Shown: positions 27,143 to 41,808, counted from the first letter of the stretch. The stretch: DNA of 64,000 nucleotides from Octopus sinensis (GCF_006345805.1 NC_043009.1:29388001-29452000), one strand, 5' to 3'. Numbers and translations are program-made. The notes: generated by a model from the sequence alone, not told the origin.

Positions 27143-27504
27143 TATATAAATACACCAGAAACAGAGAATGGAGGAAGTCACGAAATTCTTGGTTCAAATT
27201 CTCTGCAATTGCTTTGACTCATCCTGCATCTGTATCTCACAGGAGGGTTACTGTCCAATCAATTGTCTTACATCACAGGTGCTGATTGAGTTTCCTCAGA
27301 TGACTTGTTAAACAAGTACCTCGTTCTTTCTTCTCTCCATATCACCCAACTCTATTACGATATATTTTTAGGAAGTCTGCAATATTCTAGAAGTTTCCTT
27401 AAGAAACCCACCTGTGAGGTACAGATGCAGGACTAGCCTAAGCAATTGTAATGGAATTTAAGAAACTCACAAATTCTATTTTTTGTATCTGATCTATTTA
27501 TATA
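27143..27504. mobile_element. Foldback MITE-like element with long imperfect TIRs
   Basis: caattgctttgactcatcctgcatctgtatctcacaggagggtt pairs with aacccacctgtgaggtacagatgcaggactagcctaagcaattg. Weaker pairing extends to TA-rich ends. Confidence 0.7.
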
Positions 27505-27656
27505 AACTCCACAGACACCAAGGAATTCCTGAAGTAAATCCAGGATCATAAGGTACCACTACTGATGTTGACATCTGTTAGCCAATAACTATAGACATGC
27601 TTTACACAGCATCCTACGAGGTTTATACCCGAATAATTTTAACTATATATATATTC

Positions 27657-28315
<659 letters not shown>

Positions 28316-28781
28316 ATGGTTTATTTTTAAAGACTTATTGAAATTTGTTGCAGAGATCACGTCTTTCTATCTCAGCTGTTGTAAATCAGGAAAATCTGTG
28401 AAACCAGTTAAGTCTGAGGAGCTCCCTGTGCATTTTCAACTTCTTTTAGCCACACACACACACACACACACACATGTATACACAAGAGAAGGAGTGTGTA
28501 TGTGTTTTCTGTAAATGAGTGTATCTGTGTGCTTTATAGCTGTCTATCAGCTCTATCAGGCATATTTCTCTTTAACATCTAATTCTAACAATATAAATAC
28601 TCATACAAAACATGAATGAGTTTACCTTTTGCAAAATCAATATTATACTCCCACAAACATACTCAATCTCTCTGTCTCTGTCATACACACATACCCACAT
28701 ACATACATACATACACGTTCTATATCTTCCACTCTGTTTCTTTCTTACTCGTCCTCTTTTTCTTATTCTGTCTCCTCTCTT

Positions 28782-28814
<33 letters not shown>

Positions 28815-29437
28815 AGCAGAGACTCTCACGTAATCAATTTCGTAGAGAGAAATTCAGGCGGAGTTGCATGTATACTATGTTGTATTTATGTAATGACATA
28901 TTGTTCAATGAATGTTCCTCTATTTTTACATCTAATATCAAATTAATCAACGACACAACATTCTCAGGTAATGTCTGGCGAAGAATTACTGTAAGTAATC
29001 AGAATAACACAAACATTTATATCGCAGACATTCTCGAAGATTTTGTTGAATAATTTAAAGGTTTCAAGTAGCAGACAATTAAAGAGAAGACTGCCACACA
29101 GTCCATATAATTAATAGGTCTGCATTGGGAAGATAAGTGTGTAGCTAATATGTAAAGCTTATGTCAATTGTTGTCACATGTCTGTTGAATGGCAGAAATG
29201 TTAATTTTCTTATTTGCATCGTATACAAAAGCTAAATATCATTTGCATATTTATTGAACAGTCAAGAATATCAGAGAATTATTGTAGTCAAACTAATAAT
29301 GTCTGAAGATCATAATCTCACTTTTCGCTTCTCACCAGAACCACTAGAAAATTCTGGTGGGGAAGATTACAAAAAATTTATTCAGGGAAAAGATTAAGTT
29401 GTGCAAGAAATAAATTTAAATGAACGGTTAACTTTTA

Positions 29438-29835
29438 TAATGGTTTCAAATTTTGGCATAAGGCCAGCAATTTCGGAAGAGGGGAAATCGATTACTTTAA
29501 CCTCAGTGTTCAAATGGTACTTATTTTATTGACCCCGAAAGGATAAAAAGGTAAAGACGACCTCGGCGGAATTTGAACGCAGAACGTGATGATGGACGAA
29601 ATACCGCTTAGCATTTTACCCGGCATGCTAACGATTCGGCCAGCCCATCGGCTTATTCTTACCTATTATAATCGTTTAAAATTTTGCCACAAGGGCAGCA
29701 ATTTTGGGGGAGGGGATGAGTCGATTACATCGACCCCAGTGTGTGACTGGTCATTATTTTATTGACTCCAGAAAGGATGAAAGGCAAAGTCGATCTCGGC
29801 GGAATTTGAACCCAGAACATAGCAACAGAAGAAAT
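29438..29835 (-). mobile_element. Two adjacent SINE-A copies (29438-29653, 29672-29835)
   Basis: Match to the family consensus. Confidence 0.85.
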
Positions 29836-30130
29836 ACTTTAAATTCTATAATAAAGATATTTTAAAATTCACCCTTAAGAAGCAGTGAATTGGCAGAGTC
29901 GTTATATCATCAGAAAGACTACCTCTTGGTATTTCTTCCAAAAATCAGTATCTCGAGTTCAAATCCCACCAACGTTCAACTTTGTCTTTCATTATCTCCG
30001 GGTTGATAAAAGACGGGCAGAGGAGTAAGAATATTAAATCGGGTATCTTTTAGTATTTGGATCTCTGCATTTCAAGTTCGAATTACACCATGACCTACTT
30101 GGGTGGTAAACATATTCTAACACCCGGCTT

Positions 30131-30151
30131 AACACCGCCACCTGGTGGTAG
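30131..30151 (-). promoter_or_regulatory. CTCF-like motif
   Basis: Minus strand CTACCACCAGGTGGCGGTG matches the CCACCAGGTGGCG core. Motif match only. Confidence 0.3.
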
Positions 30152-30609
30152 CCTTCAACAGAGATTTACCTTCTCTCCATTAGCATTGAATGCTCTCTAA
30201 ATGATCATGGGCAATGTCTTCTCTCCTGACAAAAATATGAAATGAATCATCTATAATAATCCAGTGATTTCAATAGAAAACATTAAAGATGTTGTCTTGA
30301 GGAACTGTGTCCAGAGTTAAGGGTAGGTTCTCCCTCAGATTTTGATGATGGGAAAACACTTTGCTGGTCCTCAGAATTCCTACTTGTTAAATGAATGTGT
30401 AACTCTGAGTTCAGATTCCAACGAGGTTAACTTTGTTTTTCATACATTCAGCATTTAGTTATAGTGCTAATCAAGGCCTTGGATTGGTAATGTATCGCAG
30501 TGAGTTCCATGGCTATGTGTACTGTGAAACCTTAATGGAATTCTCTGGCCAAATCAACATGGAAGTATGTGACATTCCAAGAACACTTGAATTATTGATG
30601 CAATCAGCG

Positions 30610-30723
30610 AGAGAGAGACAGAGATAGAGATATAGATAGATAGAGATAGAGATAGAGATAGATAGATAGATAGAGATATAGATAGATAGATAGAGATAGA
30701 GATAGATAGATATATAGATAAAT

Positions 30724-30754
<31 letters not shown>

Positions 30755-30778
30755 AAGAGAGAGAAGAAGAGAGAGAAT
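30610..30778. repeat. (AGAT)n/(AG)n microsatellite
   Basis: Directly visible. Confidence 0.95.
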
Positions 30779-31819
30779 CGACAGGATTAATCCTTTATCG
30801 AGAATCTAGAGTGAAAAGATGAAATACACAGTTGATGAGATTTTGAAGTCCGAGTATAGAGGGACAAAACAAATGTCTCAAGCAATGATATTCTGTTTTC
30901 CTAATTTGATGGCTTCTTTAATCATTATTAATACTTCATTGTTGACTCTAAAGTTGAAGACATTGAATTAAAATCGCTTCTGCACAGAGTCGAGATGTGG
31001 ATCATAAAGAAACAGGTTAAAGTTCAATTTGCTGGTATATATATATATATATATATGCTTTCGGTGCGAATGGTTTTTTATACGGCGCCGTTTTTACAAT
31101 CCTGTAAATAATAATAATGGTATTTTTATACAAGCTTAAAGCTTATAGCGATCACCGTGCAATGACTAAAAAATGGGGCACATAAGCCCTCGACAGAAAA
31201 AAGAAGGCTTTCCTATTCGCATGGAAGTCGAACCCACATCCCTTTCTTAACGTGACTAAGTGGCATATATATATATATGTATGTATGTATATAGTTTAGA
31301 CTTCACACTAGGGTTGAAAACATGGCACAATGTGTATAGAGACATTGTCCCCACCATACTGTTGTTTGCAATGCAGGGTAGGCTTTTCTGGTCACTGTTA
31401 TGGCAAAAACAATATATCATGTTAGATGTTATCTTTTGGAGTCTTCCACAACCTGATAGAAGACAAAAATTACACAATTATATTGATGTTATTAGCAGAG
31501 TAACACAGCTAGTAATTTAGAACCTAGTAAAGCCAGTGGGGACAGAGATTGCAGTTGCAGCCACTTGAAGAAAGGGAGCATTTTAATTCCATCTATGATT
31601 TCTCTCACCTGTCATTATATAGACTTCCTCTGTATAGATATAATATTATGTGGTAACAAGTAAATGCATATTTCCAGCGCTCCTCCACAGCCGTTAGTTT
31701 ATTATTTTGCGTTCTCTATCACAGATGTAACAATACTAGAGCAGATTTTGTTAAAATAAACATTGAATTCTTAAGTAATTGATGAGAGAAATAACCATTT
31801 GTAATCTTTATTATTCGAC

Positions 31820-31975
31820 CAGGGCGGTGAGCTGGTAAAATCGCTTGCACAGGTCGACTTTTATTTTCATCTCTCCGACAAAATAAGCTCCAGCTGAGCA
31901 AGGGGTCGATGTAATCGGTTTACCCCAACTCTATCAAAATTGCTGGCCTTGTGCCCCAAATTTGAAGCCAGTATC
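31820..31975 (+). mobile_element. SINE family A, internally deleted
   Basis: ggcggtgagctggtaaaatcg..ggggtcgatgtaatc..ggccttgtgcc. Confidence 0.75.
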
Positions 31976-34324
31976 TATTATTAGATCCTTAAATAATCAT
32001 TGGGTTCTTAAAATAAACAAACACGCAAAAGAGAAGAAATAATCCGGTAGAACCAAACCTCATATGTTTCTCGTACTTACCAATCCCAAAGCTGATGACC
32101 CATGTAGGGACTTAAAGGTGTTTCCCCTTCTCCAATATGATTGCTGGACTTTCACCAACATCTCCCTCAACCACACACACACCACAAAAAAAAAACAGCT
32201 CCTTATATTTTTGCAAAATCAGTTGACTCCATTTGATTATATTATTGGTTTTCATTAGATTTAAATAGAAAATTATAGGTTACTAGGCTAGATATTGAAT
32301 AGAATCTAGTTTGGTTGCTTGCTTGCTAAACCAAACTACAAAATGGATTGCGAAATTATGTTATTATTAAATATATTAATGTAAACGTGAATATACTCCC
32401 GAAACAAATTCCATTTAAATTTGTTATATTCCAGATTTCCTGATATTTGAACAATGTTTAACATGGTTACTCTAAAATATTCAATCAAACATCGCTAGCT
32501 ATGTTACATGCTAAGCTGCAAAGCAAAATAGGTCATCTGTGTGTTTGATAAAATATTATTCAACAGGAACAGAATTAATATGATACTTTCTAGGTTTATT
32601 ATTAACACAATAAAAAAGAAAATGGAAAAGAACCACTTAAGCAGTTGTTTTCCAAAACTTTAGATTCTGTTTATGTGTGCCTAGTCTTTTTTTTTCAGAC
32701 AGACCACAGTTTAAGATTGGTTGCGCATCTTATGTCTAAAGAAGTCCCATGTTTAAAGTGAGATTAAAGAAATAGCAAATTAACGTAAAGAAATACGTAT
32801 AAGTTATAATGAGGTTAGTTTTGTCTTCCATCTTATTGACGTTGATAATTAATGTTATCAGCCCAGGACAGTGGGTTGCAGTGGATTGTCAAATTTTTAG
32901 AGACGGCTCGTATATCTGTTAGGTTCATTCCATTTTGAAAGAAGCACATGTGATAATACAGGTATTGTTTTTACCTAGGAAAACATCGATGGCGCGAACT
33001 GGAGCGAACTGCATGCATCAGCAACAGCCGGTTTTCCAGGTTCTCTACGAAGGGCTTTGTCCAGGTCTGTTTCTCAGAGACAATCTTTCGAGGTCCATGG
33101 TTTTATGAGATTTAAGGAGAAGCTGAACAAATGTTTGAAACAATAAAAATACACTTAATAGAAAGCAGTCATAAATATTCTAATAGAAGATTAGTAGTTT
33201 CAAGCATGTGTCCTAATGTGGAAATCTTTCATATATGACTTAGATTTTATAAAATTGACTAAAAGATGCAAATCACATTCATATCTAATCTTCTTTTCGT
33301 CTAAAAATTGGTTATTGGGAAACTTCATAGAACTCATTGCCCAAAGCTGTTTTATTTTAATGATTTCCTCAGAAGGGCGATGCTTAGGACTCCTTTTCAG
33401 GGCCTTCACTTATGGTGGCAGAATGAAGAACTTATTTCTTCAACAAGAAACATGACCCAAATGCTTGCAGCTAAGTGGACCCTAATAAAGGTTTCGAAGA
33501 GATAGATGGTGTTGCCAAACTGGATAACGGATTTATTCTGTCAACTAAGAGAAGAGAAACTGTGGAAATCCACCAATGATGGGTTTCTACACTGATTCTG
33601 TCTACCAAATCAAATTCACAAGTATCTTATTGACTCTGAAGCTGAGGTAGAAGACACTCGATCAAGATACCGTACTGTGGTATTGAACCAGAAAAGACAG
33701 AGTTACAAGTGAACTTATAAACCACACAACACTACCTGCATGCATAACTGTGAGATGTTGGAATAAATGCATAAGCAGCAAAAATAAAAAAAAACATGTT
33801 TTCTTGCATAATCTATCTCCTCAGGGAATTTGCAGAAAGTAGAATGTACTTGTCTTTTAATTCTACTTTCACCTTTAAGATCAATATATTTCTGTCATAC
33901 ATTTGGGAGCAAGATATCCCTTGCTTCATCTTTGAAATCCTTAGGGATTTACTGTTCGACTACGTTTGCTTTTAATATACGTTAATGAACTCTTGTTTTG
34001 TTATGGAAATTTGTATTCTACTTCAATTTTAAATCACTCGAAATCCATTTGCCATTGAGAAGTCACTGAATTCTATGAGGAATAGAAGTATTACTTGTTT
34101 AGAAAGATTCATAGAATTGAGAGTGCATTGAATAAAATTTCTGGTGGTATATAGGTATGAGTTTTACGTTTTGGATTCGAGTCCCAGCAAGGGAAATTCA
34201 GTTGTTTATTCCTCCAGGTTTATGAAATAAAGTACCTGTGAAGTTCTGGGTCGATTTATATTACTATAATGTAAACATGATATAACTGAAACTACAATAG
34301 CTGAGACCAAGATAATGATTATAC

Positions 34325-34560
<236 letters not shown>

Positions 34561-34589
34561 AACTTACTTGGAAATAGATACGTGGTTTC

Positions 34590-35042
34590 GATCATGAAAT
34601 AATATAAATAATATATAAATATATGCAAATATACATACATATATGTACATACCTACATATATATGTATATATACATGCATATATGGATACAGGACATAAA
34701 AAAACAACGTAGATAAAATGAGAAACGAGAACATACGAAAACAAAAACATAGAAAGAGAACTTTTTCGAAAAATGAAAGAAACAAACAAACAGAGAAACG
34801 GGACAGGTAACATAAAGAACATTCCCTTCATCATTTGTCCCCTGTTTTATCTACTCCGCGTTTCGAAAGTAGGGACAAATGTTCGTTTTCTATGGTTTTG
34901 AGTTTTATGTTCCCGTTTCTTATTTTGTCTACGCTTTTTTGATGTCCTGTACTCATATAGGCATGTATATATACATATATATGTCGGTATGTTCATATAT
35001 GTATATATGCATATATTTATATATTATATATTATATTATATG

Positions 35043-35045
<3 letters not shown>
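34590..35045. mobile_element. Family D copy 3 with inverted terminal duplication (foldback)
   Basis: Arms at about 34590-34755 and 34884-35045 are reverse complements, with a spacer of about 130 bp. Confidence 0.75.
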
Positions 35046-35113
<68 letters not shown>

Positions 35114-35189
35114 GTATGTATATGTATGTATGTGTGCGCGTATACAACAATATATATGCATATATACAAAGATACAAACACACACATCG

Positions 35190-35580
35190 TTCTTCCTCCT
35201 TTTGGCTGTTGAAGCTTTGTAACAAGTAATAATCCGAGGGAGCTAAGTCTTGACTATATGCTGGGTGTGGTATCAGTTCGAATCTGTCAAGTTCCTGGAG
35301 TTTACTCTTGGCCATTCAACCAGTATGTAGTTCTTACATCATATTACTGCAGAAGATCACGCTTTCTGCTAACCAATACCGGGATTTTTTGCCGCACAAT
35401 GGTACACATCCCTCCAGCTGTTAGGGGTACAGGTTGGCATGGATGGTTCGACCGTCTGGAACAAACCTATTGTGAATTATCCTCTCGAAATTCTACTTGA
35501 TGCAGAGCATCCCCTTGTGTTCGGAACGCCTATGTTTGGCGACAAGTTCCGCAAGATGGTCTTTGCTTAACCACTGCTTA
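35190..35580 (-). mobile_element. Mariner transposase catalytic-region fragment
   Basis: [27 protein letters not shown]; upstream pieces FVPDGRTIHANLY and MLCIK. Confidence 0.85.
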
Positions 35581-35589
35581 TGTACATTA

Positions 35590-35886
35590 TGATTGAGGAA
35601 AGATACCTCCCTCAGATTATTGCTTTCCCCGATGAATAGTTCACTTCCTGCACTTGCGAAGCTTTATAAACCAAAAAGAGGTGGATGTTTCAGTAAAGGA
35701 GTTCTTCGCCACGAAGACAAGAACTGGTATCGGCGTGGGACTAAAGAACTGGCAGAAAACGTGTCTTTAGACTGTGTCACACGATGGCTTCTACTTTGAA
35801 TGCTAGGCTGCTTTTGTTGCAACTTCAGGAATATAACAAATAAGTTACTACTAAATTATTTGTAAAACTTTCGACTCAACACTGTA
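35590..35886 (+). mobile_element. Mariner 3' end with TIR
   Basis: PSDYCF..KEFF..KNWYRRGTKELAE..HDGFYFEC*, then aaaactttcgactcaacactgTA. Confidence 0.75.
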
Positions 35887-36594
35887 TGTATGTATGTATG
35901 TATGTATGTATGTATGTATGTGTGCAGAATTTAGAATTATTGTATATTAAATAGAATATACCACTCAGTATGTGTCAAAATATGTAGATTATATAGCATA
36001 CTTAAATATTACCGAAAGAAAATGACAAAGTTGCATAAATTTTATGATATATATTACAGAATCATTATAAATGTAAAAGCTTAACTGGTAAGAGAAAATG
36101 AAAGTAATACTTTTTGCAAACTTTATTTCGATAATAACGTACCTGCCAAAATATGGTACTATTTTGGTGAGAAGAGATATGGGTTTTATGAGTTATCTGC
36201 AAGAAATGAGGAAAAGTGGAACTTTTAAAAATTATACTGACTTGCTAAAATCAGTAAATAGAATAATTGGCTCCGTTAGAATTCATTAGTTTATAGATTT
36301 TAGTCAGTATATTTCATTGACTTCTGATGCCGTTTTCTTGTAATCTCCAATTGATATTTCAATTTCTAATGACGTCATCAAAGAGAATCAATTAATTTGG
36401 GGAAATTATATTTTTGATCTTCATTAATCGAATACAAAATCCATTAAAACTCTTGTATAAAATTCTAGGGCATAAACAGTAAAGGAATCGTACGCCTGAT
36501 ATGTGACGGGTGATTTGATATTTAGTATCTAATACTTCTCCCATCGACCGGCATAAGGTTGAAATCGTTGCAAACCTCTACTTTGTAAATATTC

Positions 36595-36596
<2 letters not shown>

Positions 36597-36637
<41 letters not shown>

Positions 36638-37038
36638 TATATATGTATGTGTGTGTGTGTGTGTGTGTGTGTATGTATGCATGTATACACACACACATAT
36701 ACACATGTACATACATATATATATGTGTGCGTGCGTGTGTATGTGTGTACCATTGAGGGTACAAACGAAGGAAAGAGGCACTTAACACATTTAGAAGTTA
36801 ACATATATTATTATTTAAAACAGTTTGATTCGGGCCAATGCGATTTAAAGTTTGGTAGGCTTGTCACAGGAACTTAAGCACTTCGAGGCGATTCAGCTGC
36901 GTGGGTCCTAGAAGCTAGGTTTCTGTGACTAGCGTACGAAAATTAGTTGCAGGGAGTGGGGTGGCGAATCAAATTGCTTTACACAAGAAGCGTGTGTGTG
37001 TTCTATACTCACACGTACAAACACACAGACATATATAT

Positions 37039-37101
<63 letters not shown>

Positions 37102-37140
37102 GTATATATGTATGAATGTTTGTCGGTGTGTGTGTGCGCG
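36597..37140. repeat. (TA)n/(TG)n/(CA)n blocks with unique spacer
   Basis: Directly visible. Confidence 0.85.
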
Positions 37141-37788
37141 TGTTTATAATAAGATGACAACAATAAGTCCATAGCTTAGTCAACTGATAGCACTGCTTCA
37201 TCCTAGGAGAAATAAACTTCGTCAGTCGCAACGATCTATCGCTAAACATCATAAAGAGATTAAAAGACCAAGAAAATTGGCATAATCATATAATATCATG
37301 ATAACAAACGAAATTTAAATGAAAACGTCAAAGTACTTTAAAAAGCTTAATGATAATTTAGTAATCTAAATATTATTCATGAGATATAATTAATAAACAA
37401 TATCATCAGAGGGTAGGAATTATGATAAAGAACAATAATGAATGGGTAATCAAATGAAATGCCTGCCAGGATAATATTAAATTAATGGTCAAAGAGAAAT
37501 TAAAATCCCTATGAAATTTCTTTTTCTAAGTGATTATATGAATCGATCAGGGAAGCAAGTATTGGTCGCATCGGAAGCAAATAGATTTGGCTTCTTAATT
37601 CTTGGTTTGTCATTATTCCTTGTTTGTTGTTGTACACAGACAGACGGAAATATTTCCAAATATCACGGCATGTGTTGCCTACAGACAAGAGACCCGCCAC
37701 ATATACCGCAGTCTGAACTTTGTATGAAAATATGCATACACCAAAAAATACATGCAAAAACGTGAAAAAAAAAAATTAAAACGTATAT

Positions 37789-37996
37789 GCAAGAGTGGCT
37801 GTGTAGTAAGAAGCTTGCTTCCCATCCGTACGGTTCCGGGTTCAGTCCCACTGCTTGGCACTTTGGACATGTGTCTTCTCCTACAGCCTGGGGCCAACCA
37901 AAGCCCTGTAAGTAGATTTGGTAGACGGAAACTTAAAGAAGCTCGTCGGATATATATATATATATACATGCGCGCGTGTGTAAATGTGTGTGTGTG

Positions 37997-38042
<46 letters not shown>

Positions 38043-38267
38043 TCAGTGTATGTGTGTATTTGTATGACTGTGCATGTCCACACCATCATTTGACAACCGA
38101 TGTTGGTGTGTTTACGTCTCCGTAAGTTAGGACAAAAGAGACCGATAGAATAAGTATTAGGCTTACAAAGAATAAGTCCTGGGGTCGATCTGTTCGACTA
38201 AAGGCGGTGCTCCAGCAAGGCCGCAGTCAAAATTAGTAAAAAACAAATAAAAGAATAAAAGAATAAA
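37789..38267 (+). mobile_element. SINE family B, full copy with internal (TA)/(TG)n
   Basis: Head gagtggctgtgtagtaagaagcttgcttccc, CORE-like ggcactttggacatgtgtcttc, tail gcaaggccgcagtc..aaagaataaaagaataaa. Confidence 0.9.
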
Positions 38268-38346
38268 GGAATGCATTTGGTTGCACAAAAGAGATATGAA
38301 GAAAGGCACAAACACACACACACACACACGCACACACACATATATC

Positions 38347-38538
38347 TATGAGCGGTGGTGAAAAGTTTCTGGCTTTGGGTAAAAGAAAATCAGTTGATTT
38401 TACTCAACATGTTCTTCTCTCAGATTCCAGCGGTCCTTCAGCTTTTCTAAGCACTGTAAAAGAAATCGGAGGGTTTGACCTCCGAGCAGGCCTTTCACGA
38501 TACCCTTACAACCAGGAAATTTTCTACAGCCCCTCCTA
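38347..38538. mobile_element. Mariner-derived MITE (~190 bp)
   Basis: tatgagcggtggtgaaaagtttctggc / ccaggaaattttctacagcccctccta imperfect TIRs with TA ends. Confidence 0.7.
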
Positions 38539-38884
38539 TGAATATGAATGTCTGTGCGTGCGCGTGTATGTGTGTGTGTCTGTGTGAGTGCGTATATACA
38601 TATATATGCATATGCATTCACACACACACACATATATATATATACACGTACGCATGATAAGTGTATGTGTGTATGTGTATCTGGATTTCACGATATATCT
38701 TATGTGCATCTATATGCATGTATATCTTTATCGTATTCGTATGTTTGTGCTTGTATTTTTTGATGTATGCATATTTTCGTACAAGTTTAAGAATGTAGCA
38801 TATGTGGTGTTTTTGCAGGTCTGTGGGGAATTATATAGATATACATACATACGGGGAAAGAGAGAGTGATACATAATTAAACAT

Positions 38885-39115
<231 letters not shown>

Positions 39116-39750
39116 ACAGAGCTTGCGGACCTTTTCTGTGGAAACATAGTGAAAGAGAATCGAATATCAAATTTCTGTTAAAGGTATTACATTTGTGATT
39201 GAATCAAAATTGAAAGGAAATTAAATTACTAAATATCTTATCTATGTTTGTTGACCCATTTAAGCAATGCACTAGATCATACCACACACTGTTTTGTGTG
39301 CTACTTTTATGTTTTAGAACTTCAAATCTAAGTAGATATTTTGTCTGAGATGATATTATTATGGACAACTGGTGTATAATAGAGAGAATTATTGCTAAAT
39401 ATATCTTATTCCTCAGACGATGAGACATGCTTACTAACGTCGGTAATTTTTAGTAATATTGGATCTCACCAATATCATTATTATATATCTTATCTCCATT
39501 TAGAGGAAATTACGATCATTAAAACAAATAGTTCTCTTCTAAATTCTTAAATCGTACTCTTTGCTTTTCTATTCTAATGTTCTTCCTTGGTGCATAGATT
39601 ATTTAGTGAAGTTTTCCATATTCGTTCACGTACAATTTTCATATTTTTATTTATATGCTATTTTCAATAGGGGTATATTTTTCATGTTTATATATATGTG
39701 TATATATAATTGTATACATATATATGTGCATATGTTTGTATATATATATA

Positions 39751-40150
39751 TACTCTTTACTCTTTACTCTTTTACTTGTTTCAGTCATTTGACTGCGGCC
39801 ATGCTGGAGCACCACCTTTAGTCGAGCAACTCAACCCCGGGACTTATTCTTTGTAAGCCCAGTACTTATTCTATCGGTCTCTTTTGCCGAACCGCTAAGT
39901 GACGGGGACATAAACACATCAACATCGGTTGTCAAGCAATGCTAGGGGAACAAACACAGACACACAAACACATACATATATATACATATATACGACGGGA
40001 TTCTTTCAGTTTCCGTCTACCAAATCCATTCACAAGGCTTTGGTAGGCCCGAGGCTATAGTAGAAGACACATGTCCAAGGTGCCACGCAGTGGGACTGAA
40101 CCCAGAACCATGTGGTTGGTAAGCAAGCTACTTACCACATAGCCACTCCT
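39751..40150 (-). mobile_element. SINE family B, near-consensus full copy
   Basis: Full-length match including the (tactctt)n tail. Confidence 0.92.
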
Positions 40151-40162
40151 TCCTATATATAT

Positions 40163-40221
<59 letters not shown>

Positions 40222-40325
40222 ATATATAAATGGGTGCATATATTTATATATGGGTGTGTATATATATATATATATATATAATATATATATATACACATAT
40301 ATATATATATATATATATACATATA
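40150..40325. repeat. (TA)n microsatellite
   Basis: Directly visible. Confidence 0.9.
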
Positions 40326-41714
40326 TAGATGCAATAGTTCTATCTAAAAGGACAAAATATTGATATTTTCACAAATTAAAATGGAATAGCATGCTATCAT
40401 ACCATTTTGCATTTTTTAAGCCGCTTATTATTTTGAGTAAAGTATCAGAGTGTCTTCGCACGTAAAAATACCAATATTATTTTCTAGTTTTCCAAAATGA
40501 ATCAGAATATACAAATATTTCTTTCAATAAGTTTGTACTCAGAACATGTCTAAATATTCTCTATGCATTCTAATCTGGAGAGTGACCTTCTAAAATATAA
40601 TCTTCATGGACATTTTCTCCTACCATATTTTCGGTGCCTTTATGGTATTGACAAAAGCTTTGTCTCGTTGAAAAATGCCTTTATCGTTTTTTGTGAGATA
40701 GGATATTTTTAGACTTTGATGCTATAATTTTTTTAATAGGTTAAGGTATACTGAAGCAGGAATTCTCCGTTCACACCTTATAAAATGACTGAATGTGCCT
40801 CCGATATGTTTCACAGTTGCTCAAAGAGGCCAGGTTGGAATCATTTCATCAGCTCTACAAAAGCAGCATTTTGGAGCATGACTGCAACGCTCAAATCTCA
40901 GTTTATTATTCCAGAAATCATTCTGAAACCGTTTCTAATCACAGCCACCGTTGTTGTAAAAAAGGTTTTTAAAAAAATTCATAGCACATTTTTTAGAGCA
41001 AAAACCAACATCTGAGTTCAATGGTGTTTCTAAAAACATCTTTGTTACTCTTGAAAGCTGCTGCAGGTAAATTTGCCCTTCCTGCATCACTAAGAATTTA
41101 ACCTTTCTGTCATATGTACTTTAAGTCTTCCAGATCCTTTCATCCTCGTAGTAGAACAAATTATATAGAAATGTTCATATTATTTTGTGGTATGCGGAAG
41201 AAAAGGGATTTTTTCCTTCAGTAGCTTGTGGATTTCACGAAATATAAAACTTCCTATAAAATATTTACAATAGCATGGAATTACATTTCTTTTTGTGAAA
41301 GCGTTGCTATCAGAAAACAGAACATAAAGAAAATATGATTTCATTCAGCTATCTAAGATATAAGTATAGCTACTTATGTGTAGCTTTAGATTTAAGCATT
41401 AAAAGAAGCTTCTTGTGTTCTTCCATTTAGAAGGAATCTGAAGGCACAATTCCTTTCGTCGTCATTCGCAATTCCATCAATAATATGTCCTCCTAATCTA
41501 GGTCTTTCCCCACCTTAGTTTTCAAATATTATGTTTGTATAAAATTGTTGATTAAATGTTAAACTAGCTAATTAAGTGAAATTCCATGGAATAAAACCAG
41601 TGCATGTACTTCTCGTCGACGTAAGGACCCCCATCAACGAAAGAAAAAACCTTTCAACATATGATTTCACATAAAGATTCTCACAACCAAATATTAAAAC
41701 GCACTTATATATAT

Positions 41715-41761
<47 letters not shown>

Positions 41762-41808
41762 ACGTATGCATATATACATTATCATGTATTGTGCATGGGT
41801 TTTATGTT

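Noticed and set aside
29205-29250. Two ATTTGCAT octamer motifs about 30 bp apart
   Set aside because: Expected by chance in AT-rich DNA; no supporting context.
30165-30225. Minus-strand exon-like unit reading RAFNANGEK (FN3-like)
   Set aside because: With the strong acceptor all three frames contain stops, and the short version has a weak acceptor.
40740-41070. Plus-strand AG...CAG|GTAAAT exon-like block and 76-aa ORF
   Set aside because: Frames from the acceptor close early; no recognisable homology.
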